Positions 62,440 through 64,000 of a stretch of 64,000 bases of DNA are shown here, piece by piece. The stretch comes from Squalus acanthias (Eukaryota), in contig CM059432.1 in the NCBI GenBank assembly GCA_030390025.1, positions 144,524,001-144,588,000 of the forward strand, read 5' to 3'. Within the stretch, counting starts at the first letter, position 1. The number at the start of each line of letters is the position of its first letter. The notes under the pieces were generated by a model that did not search any database, was not told where the DNA came from, and worked only from the letters and a program-made list of their open reading frames with translations. A program made the position numbers and the translations under genes.

Positions 62440-62842
62440 TAGGGTCGCCACCTCTGGCTGGATATATTGCTGGAGGCTCCATCACATGACCTCCTCCCTC
62501 CAACTGCCCCGCCCTCTCACTCCCCCATCCCATTGGTCCCCGCCCTCTCACTCCCCCATCCCATTGGTCGCCTGACACGTCCATCCCACCTTCCCAGCCA
62601 ATTGGAAAGGGAACAGACTCTTCAATACCTGATTGGCTGATTCTTGACACTCAGTCGAAAAGCCTTTTATTCCCCATCTCCAACATTTTTATAACTGACA
62701 AACAAAAGTGTTGAAAGAATATATATATACATTTTTTTAATGCACCTATGACTTTTCTCCCAGGTTGATCATAGCAGTGTCTGGAGATTAATCTTCAATT
62801 TCTGGAGACTCCAGGACAGTCCTGGAGGGTTGACATCCCCTA
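62440..62842. mobile_element. Possible hAT-type MITE
   Basis: Degenerate TAGGGT.GCCA-like termini (TAGGGTCGCCACC / GGTTGACATCCCCTA); no TSD seen. Confidence 0.3.
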
Positions 62843-63454
62843 CCCAGGGCTGAGGCCTGGCATCTTTCTGGTCCGCATGGCTTAGTACCACAGTGGGCTC
62901 TTCACTGAGTTACTGAGCCATGGGATGGGACCCCAATTATGCTTTTAACTCGCATAATGGAAAAATATTTAATCTCAGAGTCTTGGATCAGTTATGTGGC
63001 TATGAAATTGAACAGAGAGAAGGGATGGGTTAAATGGCGATTGATTTAGAAAACTAATCCATGGTTTAAAATTCACAACAAGGGTTTAAGTGTCAAGTAA
63101 AAGAAAATCAGTTCATAACAAAAATTGCACCACTACTGGTTTCGTACGAATCAAAGTAAAGGTCAGTGGGAAATTCCTAAACATGGAACCTTAGGGATCA
63201 CCCCACCTTCGGAAATATTGTATATATATATTAATGTGCCAAAGCCCCACAGAATTTTGATGCCAAGCTTTTATCTGACGAGTGCTGGCGAGACTTTTTA
63301 AATCAATGAATCAGCTCTCGTCAATCCTTAAAATATGGGTTGTGGTACAGTGAGCTGCCGGAGCTTGTCTTGTACTCTCTGCTGTGAAGGTGGGGACTCT
63401 TGCGAGCGAATGATTCCACTGATGCTGACAACCCTCCCACGCCTCAACAAGTGG

Positions 63455-64000
63455 TTTAGTTTTGGTCTCCTTACCTCGGGAGGGATGTGCTTGCCGTGGA
63501 GAGGGTGCAACGAGGCTTCACCGGACTGGTTCCTGGGATGGTGGGGGGGGATTGTCCTGTGGGGAGAGATTGAGTAGGCTGGGCCTGTATTCTCTGGAGT
63601 TTGGAGGAATGAGAGGTGATCGCATTGAAACATACGGAATTCTTATGTGGGTGGACGGGGTGGATGCGGGGAGGATGTTTCCCCTGGCTGGGGAGTCTGG
63701 AGCCGGGGGTCACGGTCTCGGAATAAGGGGTCAGCCATTTGGGACTGAGATGAGGAGAAATTTCTTCACTCAGAGGGTGGTGAATCTTTGTAATTCTCTA
63801 CCCCAGAGGGTTGTGGAGGCTCAGTCGTTGAGTATATTCAAGACAGAGATCAATAGATTTTTGAATATTAAGGGAATCAAGGGATAGTTCAGGAAAGTGG
63901 AGATGAGGTAGAAGATCAGCAATGATCTCATTGAATGGCGGAGCAGGCTCGAAGGACCAAATGGCCTACTCCTGCTCCTATTTCTTATGTTCTTATGTTC
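63455..64000 (+). mobile_element. CR1 LINE 3' fragment
   Basis: RLGLYSLEF..MRGDRIETY, FFTQRVVNL; (TTCTTATG)n tail at window end. Confidence 0.92.

Overview
Eukaryotic, repeat-saturated DNA with no confidently identifiable host gene. The repeat inventory (CR1, L2 and RTE LINEs, Deu-domain SacSINE1-like and V-domain HE1-like SINEs, Penelope-like elements, PIF/Harbinger elements, a short-LTR Gypsy) points to a cartilaginous fish, most likely a shark; this is an inference. Main contents: a Harbinger deletion derivative keeping a spliced Myb/SANT gene (54-3308); a Gypsy provirus with two nested insertions (15849-21585); a full-length CR1 with an intact 983-aa ORF2 (40638-45388); five minisatellite arrays, two visibly amplified from SINE/LINE fragments. 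The most interesting signal is about ten minimal hammerhead-ribozyme motifs of two families. Several sit in short, TSD-flanked, non-coding insertions built as inverted repeats, one a perfect 162-bp hairpin. Family names are by recognition, not database search, and boundaries of old decayed repeats are approximate.
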